Assembly: GCA_045577835.1 (NCBI GenBank)
Contig: JAZNJD010000053.1
Coordinates: forward strand, 1,252-65,251
Length of the DNA stretch: 64,000 nt
Direction of reading: 5' to 3'
Source of the DNA: Acutalibacteraceae bacterium
Lineage (GTDB): Bacteria; Bacillota; Clostridia; Oscillospirales; Acutalibacteraceae
A program made the position numbers and the translations under genes. The notes below the pieces were generated by a model. That model was not told the DNA's origin and ran no database searches. It was given only the letters and a program-made list of their open reading frames with translations. Positions 10,466-21,508 of this stretch are shown here, piece by piece; within the stretch, counting starts at the first letter, position 1, and every line of letters begins with the position of its first letter.

Positions 10466-10873
10466 TTAGTGGCAACCGCCGCAGGTTGAGCATGAACCTG
10501 AACATCCTTGAACCTCAGGCTCTACTGTTTCGGGGTCTGCACCGTCAACACACTGACCGATAATGCTGTTTATATCATTAAGCATTGTATCTATCTTAAC
10601 CTTTGCAGTGTTAAACTCAACCATAGCCTTACTCTGCATAACCTCAGCATAGATATTGCGAAGCTGCTCATTGAGTTCCTTTGTCTTCTGTTCGTCCTGA
10701 TTTTCCTCACCCATTACACGCTCAAGGTTCATTCTAACAAGATTAAACTCGCTGATTTTTCCCTGAAGCTCGGTATCGTTATCAAGAGCGAGTTTAGCCT
10801 TTGCAAATGCTATATAGCCCTCGTCTGCCTGAATTTCTTTTCCTAAATTTCTTGCTGCACTTAAAATACTCAT
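10466..10873 (-). CDS. ylbF: YlbF/YmcA-family protein with Cys-rich C-terminal tail
   Basis: 135 aa helical protein in the usual miaB-ylbF-mutS position. Ends in CSGSCSTCGGCH. Confidence 0.65.
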   Translation of the reverse strand: MSILSAARNLGKEIQADEGYIAFAKAKLALDNDTELQGKISEFNLVRMNLERVMGEENQDEQKTKELNEQLRNIYAEVMQSKAMVEFNTAKVKIDTMLNDINSIIGQCVDGADPETVEPEVQGCSGSCSTCGGCH

Positions 10874-10891
10874 TTTTTATTCTCCTTAAAA

Positions 10892-12301
10892 TTAATCTTC
10901 TATCAAAACGCCTATAAGCGTATTTGTATAATCTGTTATTTTTGCATTTTTAAAGCTACCAAGTAGCGATTTATCTCCCTTTATTTCAACGCTAAGACCC
11001 CCTGAGGTTTTGCCGATAAGCATATCCTTTTCTTCTAAATATTCATCAATTAAAAGCTCAAAGGTTTTGCCTATTAGCGCCTTGTTGTTTTGGTGAGAAA
11101 TTTCGTCCTGAGTTTTAAGAAGCTCATCAAACCAAACGCCCTTTTCCTCGCGGCTTACGGGGTCTGGCATACTAGCGGCGGGGGTGCCGTTACGGGCTGA
11201 ATAGATAAAGGTGAAAAGCTGTGAAAATTTAACCTCAGAAATTAGCGACAAGGTCTGTTTAAAGTCCTCATAGGTCTCCCCCGGAAAGCCCACTATAATA
11301 TCGCTTGTAAAGGTTATATCGGGCATAAGCTCTCTTGCCTTTTTTATAAGGGTTAAATACTGCTCACGTGTGTATCGGCGGTTCATTTCATTAAGCACCC
11401 TGTCACTTCCCGATTGGAAAGGCAGATGCAGATGTCTTTCTACCTTTTCACAGTCCGCCATAGCTTTTAACAGCTCATCGGTACAGTCTTTTGGGTGTGA
11501 GGTCATAAAACGAATTCTGAAATTACCCGAAATATCATTTATTTTTCTAAGCAGCTTTGCAAAATTTATATCCTCTTTTAGCCCCTTGCCGTACGAATTT
11601 ACATTCTGGCCTAAAAGCATTATTTCCTTAAAGCCATTTTTTATAAGACACTCGGCTTCCTTTAAAATTTCAGCCGATGCTCGTGAACGCTCTCTACCTC
11701 TAACATAGGGTACTATACAGTAGCTACAAAAGTTATCGCAACCGTACATAACAGGTAAAAAACCCCTGATTTTGCTATCTCGCTCTACAGGAATATCCTC
11801 TACAATAGGCGTATTATCGAGTGTTCGCTCAAAAATTCTTTTAGAACCTGAAAGACGGTTATATATAAACTCAGGCAGACGGTGGCTTACCTGTGTGCCG
11901 AGAACTATATCGACATACGGGTAGCTTGTCCTAAAGCGTTCTGATACCTTTTCTTGTTGTGACATACAACCTGCCACGCAAAGCAGCATATTAGGACGCT
12001 CTTTTTTATACTTTTTTATCGAGCCTACATTACCGTAAACCCTATCCTCTGCATGTTCTCTTACAGCACAGGTATTAAAAAGCACGAAATCAGCAACCGA
12101 CGGGTCCTCTGTAAACTCATAACCCATCATAGCAAGCAGACCCTTTATTCTTTCGGAATCGCTTACATTTTGCTGACAGCCAAAGGTGATAATACACGCT
12201 TTAGGGCTATCGCCATAGGTGTTTTTTACAAGGATTTTTGCACGCTCGATATATTCTTTATGCCCTAATATTTGGGCGGTTTTGTTGGTAGGTAATGACA
12301 A
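10892..12301 (-). CDS. miaB: tRNA-i6A37 methylthiotransferase
   Basis: UPF0004 N-domain (TFGCQQN), radical-SAM CDNFCSYCIVP motif and C-terminal TRAM domain. TTG start preceded by GGGGAG. Confidence 0.9.
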   Translation of the reverse strand: MSLPTNKTAQILGHKEYIERAKILVKNTYGDSPKACIITFGCQQNVSDSERIKGLLAMMGYEFTEDPSVADFVLFNTCAVREHAEDRVYGNVGSIKKYKKERPNMLLCVAGCMSQQEKVSERFRTSYPYVDIVLGTQVSHRLPEFIYNRLSGSKRIFERTLDNTPIVEDIPVERDSKIRGFLPVMYGCDNFCSYCIVPYVRGRERSRASAEILKEAECLIKNGFKEIMLLGQNVNSYGKGLKEDINFAKLLRKINDISGNFRIRFMTSHPKDCTDELLKAMADCEKVERHLHLPFQSGSDRVLNEMNRRYTREQYLTLIKKARELMPDITFTSDIIVGFPGETYEDFKQTLSLISEVKFSQLFTFIYSARNGTPAASMPDPVSREEKGVWFDELLKTQDEISHQNNKALIGKTFELLIDEYLEEKDMLIGKTSGGLSVEIKGDKSLLGSFKNAKITDYTNTLIGVLIED

Positions 12302-12470
12302 AGTAATATCTCCCCATTTTTTAATCAGTTTATTATACTATATTTCAAAAGTTTTTTCAAGGTATTTTATATATTTATTTATATAAAAAATTATATAATA
12401 CATCTTGTAAATTCGCTCGGCTTGTGGTAAAATTAACTGAATGTAAATTAGTTAAAAGGAGAAATGTTTT

Positions 12471-14276
12471 TTGTCATTCCCACTTGAAAATATAAGAAAC
12501 TTTTGCATAGTAGCACATATAGACCACGGAAAGTCAACACTAGCTGACCGTCTTTTAGAGCTTACAAGCTCGGTAGCTCAGCGTGATATGGAAGAACAAA
12601 TACTTGACAGTATGGACCTAGAGCGTGAGCGTGGTATCACCATTAAGGCACATGCCGTAACGCTATACTATACCGCAAATGACGGCACAGAATATGAGCT
12701 AAACCTTATTGACACCCCAGGACACGTTGACTTTAACTATGAGGTTTCCCGTTCCCTTGCCGCTTGCGAGGGTGCTATTTTGGTGGTTGACGCTTCACAA
12801 GGTATTGAGGCACAAACCCTTGCTAACACCTATCTTGCAGTTGACCACGGTCTTGAAATTTTGCCTGTTATAAACAAAATTGATTTACCGTCAGCAGACC
12901 CCCAAAGAATTAAACAGGAAATTGAGGATGTAATAGGTATACCTGCTGACGAGGCACCGCTGATTTCTGCTAAAACAGGTCTTAACACCGAACAGGTTTT
13001 AGAGCTAATTGTAAACGGTATCCCAGCCCCTAAGGGCGACCGTGAGGCACCGCTTAAAGCACTAATTTTTGACTCTTACTATGATGCTTACAAGGGCGTT
13101 ATAGTATATTTCAGGGTTATAAGCGGAAAACTTAAATGCGGCGATACGGTTAAAATGATGGCAACGGGTGCCACCTTTGATACTGTAGAAATCGGTAGAA
13201 AGGGTGCTATGAGACTTGAGCCTTGCGACTGCCTAGAGGCAGGCGAGGTAGGTTATCTTGCCGCCTCGATTAAAACCGTTTCACAGGCTAGAGTTGGTGA
13301 CACCATAACCCTAGCAGAAAACGGTGCTGACGAAGCATTACCAGGTTACAAAAATGTAAAGCCTGTTGTTTTCTGCGGTATTTATCCTGCCGACGGTGCA
13401 AAGTATCCCGACCTTAGAGAAGCACTCGAAAAACTGCAGCTAAATGACGCTTCACTAATTTTTGACCCCGAAACCTCTACCGCTCTAGGTTTTGGCTTCC
13501 GTTGCGGATTTTTAGGTCTTTTACACATGGAAATTATAGAAGAGCGACTTGAACGTGAATATAATCTTGACATTATAACAACTGCGCCTAGCGTTGAATA
13601 CCGCTTTAATTTAACCGACGGTAGCACAGTTTCGGTAGATAACCCGACAAATTACCCTGACCCATCGGTAATATCCGAAGCGCTAGAGCCTGTTGCTAAT
13701 GTTCACATCTACTCGCCTAACGATTATGTTGGTACAATAATGCAGCTGTGTGAAGAGCGCCGAGGCGACTATATCGATATGAAATATATGGGTGACAGGG
13801 TTGATATTCACTATGTTATGCCTATGGGCGAAATAGTTTATGACTTTTTTGATGCACTCAAATCCCGTACTAAAGGCTATGCTAGCTTTGACTATGAAAC
13901 CGCAGGCTATAACAAATCTAGTCTTGTAAAGCTTGATGTTATGCTAGCAGGCGAAACGGTGGATGCACTTTCCTTTATAGTTCACAACTCAAGCTCTTAT
14001 ACAAGAGCAAGAAGAATAGCAGAAAAGCTAAAGGATTATATTCCACGTCAGCTTTTTGAAGTGCCTGTGCAGGTAGCAGTTGGCGGTAAAATCATCGCTC
14101 GCGAGACGGTTAAGGCGCTGAGAAAAGATGTGCTTGCAAAGTGCTACGGCGGTGATATCACCCGTAAAAAGAAACTTCTTGAAAAACAAAAGGAAGGTAA
14201 AAAGAAGATGCGCCGCTTAGGCTCGGTTGAGGTGCCTAAGGATGCATTTATGGCAGTTTTAAAGCTTGACGAATAG
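12471..14276 (+). CDS. lepA: Elongation factor 4
   Basis: 601 aa. [17 protein letters not shown] and NKID GTPase motifs plus the LepA C-terminal domain. TTG start after AAAGGAG. Confidence 0.95.
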   Translation: MSFPLENIRNFCIVAHIDHGKSTLADRLLELTSSVAQRDMEEQILDSMDLERERGITIKAHAVTLYYTANDGTEYELNLIDTPGHVDFNYEVSRSLAACEGAILVVDASQGIEAQTLANTYLAVDHGLEILPVINKIDLPSADPQRIKQEIEDVIGIPADEAPLISAKTGLNTEQVLELIVNGIPAPKGDREAPLKALIFDSYYDAYKGVIVYFRVISGKLKCGDTVKMMATGATFDTVEIGRKGAMRLEPCDCLEAGEVGYLAASIKTVSQARVGDTITLAENGADEALPGYKNVKPVVFCGIYPADGAKYPDLREALEKLQLNDASLIFDPETSTALGFGFRCGFLGLLHMEIIEERLEREYNLDIITTAPSVEYRFNLTDGSTVSVDNPTNYPDPSVISEALEPVANVHIYSPNDYVGTIMQLCEERRGDYIDMKYMGDRVDIHYVMPMGEIVYDFFDALKSRTKGYASFDYETAGYNKSSLVKLDVMLAGETVDALSFIVHNSSSYTRARRIAEKLKDYIPRQLFEVPVQVAVGGKIIARETVKALRKDVLAKCYGGDITRKKKLLEKQKEGKKKMRRLGSVEVPKDAFMAVLKLDE

Positions 14277-14286
14277 GAGAAAAATT

Positions 14287-15168
14287 ATGGCTATAAGCAA
14301 AAGGCAGGCGGCTATTCGCCGTAGAAGAAAATTTATATTTTTCTCATCTGTTGCGGTAGTGTTAATTATCACAGTGGGAATACTAGGTATAAATGCGCTT
14401 ATAAACGCTTTTTCAAAACCTGAGAATCCGGAGAAAAACAACAGTATCACTAGCGGCAGCGAAAACAAAAATCCTTCATCGTCAGCCGTTCAAAACAGCG
14501 AAAGCTCTGTGCCCGCTAATAAGGATAATTACAACCCTGACAACAAGCAAATGGTAACAGTAAACGGTACCGAGCTTGATGCTAATTTTCGCAGAGTAGC
14601 ACTTATAAACGGCAAAAATCCTCTGCCCGATAATTACGATAAAAATGTTAGAGCGTATCTTGTGACCATCGACGCAAACCTTAGAAATAATAACTATGTT
14701 ACCGATATTCACAAGGACGTTTATCCATACATCACCGCTATGGTAAAGGCGGCGCAGGCAGAGGGTATAAATTTAAAGGTTTGGTCGCCATTCCGTTCAT
14801 ACGGTGACCAAAAGGTATTGTTTGAGCGTCAGGTACAAAGACAAAACGGTGACGAGGAAAAAGCGGCAACGGTTGTTGCAAGACCGGGTACGAGCGAACA
14901 TAACACAGGTCTTTGTGCTGACTTTAATATGGCGGACGATAAATTCGAGTCTACCCCTATGTATACTTGGATGGTAGAAAACGCTGAGGATTACGGCTTT
15001 ATTTTAAGATACCCAAAGGATAAGACCGACATCACAGGCGTTATATATGAATCTTGGCATTGGCGCTTTGTTGGTATTAACACCGCAAAGGAAATGAATA
15101 AACTTAAAATGACACTCGAAGAGTATGTAGAATACAAAAACATTGATTGGCAGAGTGAATTAAACTAA
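14287..15168 (+). CDS. VanY/M15B-family D-alanyl-D-alanine carboxypeptidase, membrane anchored
   Basis: SEHNTGLCADF and ESWHWRFVG zinc-peptidase motifs and an N-terminal TM. I prefer the ATG at 14287, after the AGGAGA RBS, over the track start at 14266. Confidence 0.8.
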   Translation: MAISKRQAAIRRRRKFIFFSSVAVVLIITVGILGINALINAFSKPENPEKNNSITSGSENKNPSSSAVQNSESSVPANKDNYNPDNKQMVTVNGTELDANFRRVALINGKNPLPDNYDKNVRAYLVTIDANLRNNNYVTDIHKDVYPYITAMVKAAQAEGINLKVWSPFRSYGDQKVLFERQVQRQNGDEEKAATVVARPGTSEHNTGLCADFNMADDKFESTPMYTWMVENAEDYGFILRYPKDKTDITGVIYESWHWRFVGINTAKEMNKLKMTLEEYVEYKNIDWQSELN

Positions 15169-15189
15169 TAAAACGAAAGGGCGGTCTTT

Positions 15190-16569
15190 ATGGATTGCAA
15201 ACAGTTTTTTGATAAGTTATCAGGCAAAAAAATTGCTATGTGCGGAATAGGTGTGAGCAACACTCCGCTAATACTTGAGTTTCTTTCAAAGGGAGCTAGG
15301 GTTATAGCGTGCGACCGCCGTTCAAGAGAGCAGATAGGCACTATTGCTGACGATTTAGAGCGTGCAGGTGCAGAACTACAGCTCGGTGAAAACTACCTTC
15401 AAAACCTAGAGGTTGATATAATATTCAGAACACCCGGTATGAACTTTTATCTTCCCGAGCTTGAAGACGCAAGAAAAAAGGGTATCGCTGTAACTAGCGA
15501 GATGGAGGTATTCTTCGATTTGTGCCCTGCTACGATTTTTGCAGTAACAGGCTCGGACGGTAAAACCACCACCACAACCCTTATTGCAAAAATGCTTGAA
15601 GCCGAGGGCAAAAAGGTGTTTGTTGGCGGTAATATCGGCAATCCTTTGCTCCCTGAAATTGAGAATATAACCAAGGACGATTACGTAGTTGTTGAGCTTT
15701 CCTCTTTCCAGTTGATTTCAATGAGAAAAAGTCCCGATGTTGCTATCGTTACAAATGTGGCGCCTAACCACCTTGACGTGCACAAGGATATGGACGAATA
15801 TGTTGAGGCAAAGAAAAATATTTTACTTCACCAAAACGCATTTTCTCGCACAGTTTTAAACCGTGACAATGAAATAACCGAGGGCTTCCGTAAAGATGTA
15901 AGAGGTCAGTCACTCGGCTTTAGTATGGAAAGAAAACTCCATAACGGCGCTTGGCTAGATAGTAAGGGTATGCTTCATATGGCATACAGAGGTATTGATG
16001 TTCCAATCCTTGACCGCAAGGATATCGCCATTATCGGTGACCATAATGTTGCTAACTACCTCACCGCAATAACTGCCGTTTGGGGTTATGTGGGTGTTGA
16101 CAGTATAAAAAAGGTTGCTAAAGAATTTAAGGGTGTTGAGCACCGTATAGAGCTAGTTAGAGAGCTTAACGGTGTTAAATACTATAACGATTCAATAGCT
16201 TCGAGTCCTACAAGAACTATTGCAGGTCTTAAAGCGTTTGACCGCAAGGTAATGCTAATTGCAGGCGGTTACGATAAGCATATTCCGTTTGAACCGCTTA
16301 ATCCTCACCTTGTAGAAAAGGTTAAGGTTTTATACCTTTGCGGTGCTACGGCAGACAAGATAGAAAATTGCCTTAAAGCTTATGAGGGTTATAAGGGCAG
16401 TCCTGAAATAGTAAGGGTCCAAGATATTAAAGAGGCTGTAGAAAAAGCACACCAAAGAGCTACTGACGGTGATATTGTAACGCTAAGCCCCGCCTGTGCT
16501 AGCTTTGATGCCTTCCCCAACTTTGCTAAGAGGGGTAATTTCTTTAAGGAAGTTGTGAATAGTCTTTGA
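15190..16569 (+). CDS. murD: UDP-N-acetylmuramoylalanine--D-glutamate ligase
   Basis: 459 aa. GTGSDGKTTTT P-loop and Mur ligase middle and C-terminal domains. Confidence 0.92.
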   Translation: MDCKQFFDKLSGKKIAMCGIGVSNTPLILEFLSKGARVIACDRRSREQIGTIADDLERAGAELQLGENYLQNLEVDIIFRTPGMNFYLPELEDARKKGIAVTSEMEVFFDLCPATIFAVTGSDGKTTTTTLIAKMLEAEGKKVFVGGNIGNPLLPEIENITKDDYVVVELSSFQLISMRKSPDVAIVTNVAPNHLDVHKDMDEYVEAKKNILLHQNAFSRTVLNRDNEITEGFRKDVRGQSLGFSMERKLHNGAWLDSKGMLHMAYRGIDVPILDRKDIAIIGDHNVANYLTAITAVWGYVGVDSIKKVAKEFKGVEHRIELVRELNGVKYYNDSIASSPTRTIAGLKAFDRKVMLIAGGYDKHIPFEPLNPHLVEKVKVLYLCGATADKIENCLKAYEGYKGSPEIVRVQDIKEAVEKAHQRATDGDIVTLSPACASFDAFPNFAKRGNFFKEVVNSL

Positions 16570-17585
16570 AAAATATAAAGAAAGATTTAATAAGCCTTTG
16601 TGAGTCGGTTTCGGTAGGCAATATAAAAGATGCTTCTACACTTGCCGCTAAACTTTTAGGACAGTATGCAGAGGTTAAAATAAACGATAAAAACCAAACC
16701 GTTTTTGCTGTTATGAATGGCGAGCGTGACTATACCTTTATGGTAGAAGCACACATAGACCAAATTGCCTTTACCGTTACAAATATTGACGATAACGGTT
16801 TTCTAACGCTTGCAAAATGCGGCGGCTTTGACCTTAGAATTTTACCTGCAACAAGGGTACTTATTCACGGCAAGGAAACTGTAAAGGGTGTATTTTGCAG
16901 TACTCCTCCCCACCTATCAAAAGGCGATAAGGAATATAGCGATATTGCAGAATTAAAGGTTGATAGCTTACTTGGTAAAAAAGCTAAGGATATTATAAGC
17001 CTTGGCGACTTTGTAACATACGATTTTAACTGCACAGAGCTTTTAAACGACCGCATTAGCGGTGGCAGTATTGACAACCGAGCAGGCTGTGTAGCGGTAA
17101 TTGAGCTAGCGCGCAGACTAAAGGGTAAAAAACTACCATTTAATGTTATATTCTGCCTTGCAGACGGTGAGGAACTAGGTAACAGAGGCGCTATCCCTGC
17201 TACCTATTCAATAGCTCCCGACGAAGCGGTAGCTATTGATGTAAGCTTCGCTACTGCACCCGATGTTAGTGATACCGAGGCAGGCGAATTAGGTGGCGGC
17301 GCAATGCTCGGCTTCTCACCCATTTTAAATAATAAAGTAACCAAAAAACTTGAAAAAGTAGCTATTGATAATAATATACCGCTTCAATACGAGGTTATGG
17401 GTGGCAGAACATCAACCGATTCCGACGTAATATCTATTAGCCGCATAGGTGTTAAAACAGGTCTTTTATCAATACCGCTAAGGAATATGCATACCCCCAC
17501 CGAAACGGTTGATTTAAAGGATATTGTGAGCCTTTGCGATATTTTGGAAAATTACATTCTGTCAGGAGGTATTTTAAATGACTGA
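16566..17585 (+). CDS. M42-family aminopeptidase (paralog 1)
   Basis: 339 aa. HIDQIAF, SIDNRAG and DGEELG metal-ligand motifs of M42 glutamyl aminopeptidases. TTG start overlaps the murD stop. Confidence 0.8.
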   Translation: MKNIKKDLISLCESVSVGNIKDASTLAAKLLGQYAEVKINDKNQTVFAVMNGERDYTFMVEAHIDQIAFTVTNIDDNGFLTLAKCGGFDLRILPATRVLIHGKETVKGVFCSTPPHLSKGDKEYSDIAELKVDSLLGKKAKDIISLGDFVTYDFNCTELLNDRISGGSIDNRAGCVAVIELARRLKGKKLPFNVIFCLADGEELGNRGAIPATYSIAPDEAVAIDVSFATAPDVSDTEAGELGGGAMLGFSPILNNKVTKKLEKVAIDNNIPLQYEVMGGRTSTDSDVISISRIGVKTGLLSIPLRNMHTPTETVDLKDIVSLCDILENYILSGGILND

Positions 17586-18582
17586 TCTTTTAAAAAGCCT
17601 CTGTATGATAGACGGCACCTCGGGCGACGAAAATTCGGTTAGTGATTTTATTATACAACAGATTAAATATCATTGTGATTATACAGTTGATAATTTGGGC
17701 AACATCATTGCTTTTAAAAAAGGCAAGAAAAAACCTAAAAAAACCGTTATGTTAGATGCTCATTTAGACGAAGTAGGTCTTATTATCACCTCGGTAACAA
17801 ATGACGGATTTTTGCGCTTCACCACCGTCGGCGGTATGAATACAGAGGTTTTGCTATGCCGAAATGTTTTAATAAACGGCAATATAAACGGCGTTATAGG
17901 TATGCGCCCTGTCCATTTATGTAGTGGAGATAGCGGTAAAAAGCTACCAAAGCCCGATAGCCTTTATATTGATATAGGCGCAAAGAGCAAGCAAGAAGCT
18001 TTAAGTGTAGTTTCTTTAGGTGATAGGGCAGTAATCGTGGGTGACTATTATCAAAACGGCGATTTCATTTTATCAAAGGCTCTTGATGACAGAATAGGAT
18101 GTGCTATACTTTGCGAACTTATAAAAGAGGAATCAGAGTATGATTTTTGCGCCTCATTCTCTACACAGGAAGAGGTAGGTCTTCGTGGCGCTAGGGTTGC
18201 GGCATTCAGCATTGAGCCCGACTCGGCAATAATTCTTGAGTGCACCACCGCCGCCGATATTGCAGATGTTCCCGACGATAAAAAGGTATGCGTTTTAGGA
18301 AATGGTGTAGCTATTTCGTTTATGGACGGAACCACAGTTTACGATAGAGAATACTTTAACCTTGCACTAAATAGCGGACTTAATGTTCAGGTAAAAGGCG
18401 GTGTCGCAGGCGGTAATAATTCAGGATCTATTCACTTAAGCCGTGAGGGTGTTAGAACTATTACTTTATCTGTTCCTTGCAGATATATCCACTCTAATTC
18501 CTCGGTCTGCAACATAAACGATATAAAAGCACAAAAGGATTTAGCAAAATATATGCTAAAGGCTATTTGCGAGGGAAATTAA
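17578..18582 (+). CDS. M42-family aminopeptidase (paralog 2)
   Basis: 334 aa. GTSGDE, AHLDEVG, LDDRIGC and QEEVGLRGA motifs. Confidence 0.85.
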   Translation: MTDLLKSLCMIDGTSGDENSVSDFIIQQIKYHCDYTVDNLGNIIAFKKGKKKPKKTVMLDAHLDEVGLIITSVTNDGFLRFTTVGGMNTEVLLCRNVLINGNINGVIGMRPVHLCSGDSGKKLPKPDSLYIDIGAKSKQEALSVVSLGDRAVIVGDYYQNGDFILSKALDDRIGCAILCELIKEESEYDFCASFSTQEEVGLRGARVAAFSIEPDSAIILECTTAADIADVPDDKKVCVLGNGVAISFMDGTTVYDREYFNLALNSGLNVQVKGGVAGGNNSGSIHLSREGVRTITLSVPCRYIHSNSSVCNINDIKAQKDLAKYMLKAICEGN

Positions 18583-19257
18583 GTGATAAGTCTTATAGAC
18601 AAGCTCCCGAATATTTACGATGATTTTTCGGCAGAGCTGCTTAAAATAAAATGCCTATATGAAGCTTATAGCGATATAGCGCTTTTTTGGTTACAGGATG
18701 GGACAGGCACTCTAATTTCAATGCTTGATAGCAATATGACAATATATGCTAAAAACCCCGATTTCTATGAGCTTAAAAGCTTTATAGAGGTTATATCACC
18801 TAAAAGCATTTTTACAGATTTAAAAACCGCTAAAAAGCTTAAACTACAGGTAAACGAATTAGCGGTGGTACTTAAAAGAAGCTGTGACATTAAAACTGAT
18901 ACAATTTCAGACCAGCTTAAAAGCGATGAAATTTACAGTATTTTAAATGTTGAGGGCTTAGCACTTCCTCCGTTTGATACCTTTGCGGTAGATTTTTGCC
19001 ACCGCAAAAACAAGGGTCAGCTAAAGGTATTTGCAAAGGCAGACACCTATGCCGCTTTGTCTATATCGTATGGTGATGTATGCCTTATAAACGGTATTGC
19101 AAGCAAGGAAAAGGGACAAGGCTCTGTGGCGCTCAAAGGGATATTATCTAAAAATTTCGGCAAAACAGCACTCGTTTGTGCAAAAGAAGAAATAGTTAAT
19201 TTTTATACAAAAAACGGTTTTGAAAGAGTATACGAAGCCGCTTACTGTGTGAGGTAA
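18583..19257 (+). CDS. Hypothetical protein, possible GNAT-like fold at the C-terminus
   Basis: 224 aa, GTG start. The C-terminal segment GQGSVALKGIL...FYTKNGFE weakly resembles the GNAT acetyl-CoA motif. Confidence 0.35.
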   Translation: MISLIDKLPNIYDDFSAELLKIKCLYEAYSDIALFWLQDGTGTLISMLDSNMTIYAKNPDFYELKSFIEVISPKSIFTDLKTAKKLKLQVNELAVVLKRSCDIKTDTISDQLKSDEIYSILNVEGLALPPFDTFAVDFCHRKNKGQLKVFAKADTYAALSISYGDVCLINGIASKEKGQGSVALKGILSKNFGKTALVCAKEEIVNFYTKNGFERVYEAAYCVR

Positions 19258-19260
19258 AAT

Positions 19261-20538
19261 ATGGAGTTTTTTAAATTCAGTCCCGCTCTAACTCAGGCGG
19301 ACGCAGAGGTTGAGGCGCTTATTCGCCCACAGTTTGAAAAAATCGAGGCAAACACCCTTTACAATCAGCAAAAGGTGCTTTCTGCCTTTATTAGTAATAG
19401 AGTTAGCGAGATGCATTTAGGTGTATCAACAGGCTATGGCTACGGTGATGTAGGCAGAGATACCTTAGACGCAGTTTTAGCTCAGTGTATGGGTGCAGAG
19501 GATGCGCTGATAAGACACAGCTTTGCATCGGGCACACATACCCTATCTATTGCACTTTTCGGTATTCTTCGTCCGGGTGACAAGGTTTTATGTCTTACAG
19601 GCAGACCCTATGATACAATAACAGGTGTTTTTGGCATTGACGGTGTAGAGGACGGGTCACTAGCCGATTTCGGCGTAGAATACAACCAGATTGATTTGCT
19701 GCCAAACGGTATGCCCGATATAAACGCTATCCGTTCAGAACTTGCATGGGGCAAATACAAAATGGCTTACATACAGCGTTCACGAGGCTACAGCCTTAGA
19801 CCTAGCTATTCAATAGACGATATTGAAAAGCTGTGCCGTGCAGTTAAAGAGGTATCCCCCGAAACCGTTATTATGGTGGATAACTGCTACGGAGAGTTTG
19901 TTGAAAGAAAAGAGCCCTGTGATGTGGGCGCAGACCTTTGTGCCGGCTCACTTATCAAAAACCCAGGCGGCGGTATAGCTCCCTCGGGCGGATATATCGC
20001 AGGCAAGAAAAAATATATAGCAATGTGCTCACATAGAATGACCTGTGCGGGTGTCGGCAGAGAGGTCGGCGCATCGCTCGGTCACAACCGCGAGCTTTAT
20101 ATGGGACTTTTTGCCGCCCCACACACCGTAGGCGAGGCGCTTAAAACCGCCGTTTACTGTGCGGCTATGCTCGAAAAGGCAGGCTTTGAGGTCAGCCCTA
20201 GATATAACGAGGACAGAGCCGATATAATTCAGAGTGTTGTGCTAAAAAGCGAAAAGGCACTTGTGGCATTTTGTAAGGGTATGCAAGCGGGCGCCCCTGT
20301 TGATTCGTTTGTATCGCCTGAGCCTTGGGATATGCCGGGCTATACCGATAAGGTTGTTATGGCGGCGGGCGCATTTACAAACGGCGCTTCTATTGAGCTT
20401 TCGGCAGACGGTCCTATCCGTCCCCCATACGCTGCGTGGATGCAGGGCGGCCTTAACTACCAAAGTGGTAAGACGGGCGTTATGCTAGCGGTAGAAAGTA
20501 TGATTAGAGAAGGCGTTATTAGTAATTTCAGACGTTAA
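19261..20538 (+). CDS. ynbB: YnbB-family (aluminium-resistance / methionine gamma-lyase-like) PLP enzyme
   Basis: 425 aa. The N-terminus (NQQKVLSAF...TGYGYGDVGRDTLD) and SLIKNPGGG are typical of this Cys/Met-metabolism PLP family. Confidence 0.75.
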   Translation: MEFFKFSPALTQADAEVEALIRPQFEKIEANTLYNQQKVLSAFISNRVSEMHLGVSTGYGYGDVGRDTLDAVLAQCMGAEDALIRHSFASGTHTLSIALFGILRPGDKVLCLTGRPYDTITGVFGIDGVEDGSLADFGVEYNQIDLLPNGMPDINAIRSELAWGKYKMAYIQRSRGYSLRPSYSIDDIEKLCRAVKEVSPETVIMVDNCYGEFVERKEPCDVGADLCAGSLIKNPGGGIAPSGGYIAGKKKYIAMCSHRMTCAGVGREVGASLGHNRELYMGLFAAPHTVGEALKTAVYCAAMLEKAGFEVSPRYNEDRADIIQSVVLKSEKALVAFCKGMQAGAPVDSFVSPEPWDMPGYTDKVVMAAGAFTNGASIELSADGPIRPPYAAWMQGGLNYQSGKTGVMLAVESMIREGVISNFRR

Positions 20539-20558
20539 ATTATAACTTAAATTTTAAG

Positions 20559-21239
20559 GTGGAATATAAAGTGAAGCTTGTTTTTGAAGGAAAGGTATAC
20601 GAGTTAATACCGCAAAATCAGGGTATAGTTTTTCCCTATCGCAGAGGCGGTGACGACCAGAATGCTCTTGTATGCCTCAAAATGCTCTCAACCGAGAACG
20701 GTGTGATGAGTGATGTTGCTAAAAATATATATTTTATTTCAAAATTCGGCACCAACTACCGCGCCTCACTAGAGCTTTGCAGTAACTATGTGCTATCCCG
20801 TGCTCTTGTGCTACCATCAGGCAGAGTTTTTCTTTCGAGTGACAACGGCAATTCCTATCTCATAGACGGTGACGGTCTTCCTGTTTGGAGTGGCGATTTC
20901 AAATATAAAGGCGAGGTGCCCTCAGATATTGCGATATATAAAAACAGTCTTTGGGCAAGCTATAAAACAGCGGGAGTGCTAGTGCGCTTTAACCTTAACA
21001 CCATGCGTGAGGAACTGCGAATAGGCGGTAAAAACACACCGTTTAATAAGCCTTGCCACATTTTTATTGAAGGCAATACAGCGTATGTTAGCAATTCGGG
21101 TTCAAATAAGCTAGTTAAGGTTAACCTAAATTCATATACGGTAGAGGACTACAAAGAATTTTCAGAGCCAATATATTCTTTCGTTAAGGTAAAAGGCAAT
21201 CAGTTCGTTTTGCTTGAATCGGGAATATATGTGCTTTAA
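20559..21239 (+). CDS. Hypothetical protein (beta-rich)
   Basis: 226-aa ORF with no recognisable motif. A GTG at 20571, 8 nt after AAGGTGG, is a more likely start than 20559. Confidence 0.45.
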   Translation: MEYKVKLVFEGKVYELIPQNQGIVFPYRRGGDDQNALVCLKMLSTENGVMSDVAKNIYFISKFGTNYRASLELCSNYVLSRALVLPSGRVFLSSDNGNSYLIDGDGLPVWSGDFKYKGEVPSDIAIYKNSLWASYKTAGVLVRFNLNTMREELRIGGKNTPFNKPCHIFIEGNTAYVSNSGSNKLVKVNLNSYTVEDYKEFSEPIYSFVKVKGNQFVLLESGIYVL

Positions 21240-21251
21240 GGGGATATAAAA

Positions 21252-21497
21252 ATGTTAGAAAAAACACTTATTTTAAACAGCTTTGACGAGGTTAAACAGT
21301 TTGTTGACCTCGCTTGTACTAAAGATTACGATATAGAGCTTATGTCGGGCAAATACATTGTAAATGCAAAATCTATCATGGGCGTTTTCAGTCTTGACCT
21401 TACAAAGCCTGTTGTTATGGCGGCACACTGCGATAGCGTTGCCGAGCTTTCCCGTCAGGTAGAAAAGTTTGCCTACAACCCAAAAACCAACAAATAA
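21252..21497 (+). CDS. HPr-like small protein
   Basis: 81 aa. VNAKSIMGVFSLDL resembles the HPr NAKSIMG(V/L)MSLG segment. No obvious His15 context. Confidence 0.5.
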   Translation: MLEKTLILNSFDEVKQFVDLACTKDYDIELMSGKYIVNAKSIMGVFSLDLTKPVVMAAHCDSVAELSRQVEKFAYNPKTNK

Positions 21498-21508
21498 GGA
21501 ACTTAAAA

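Noticed and set aside
20242-20488. Overlapping 73-aa and 75-aa Arg-rich ORFs on both strands
   Set aside because: They lie inside the conserved C-terminal part of the ynbB coding sequence. They are basic low-complexity translations of off-frames.
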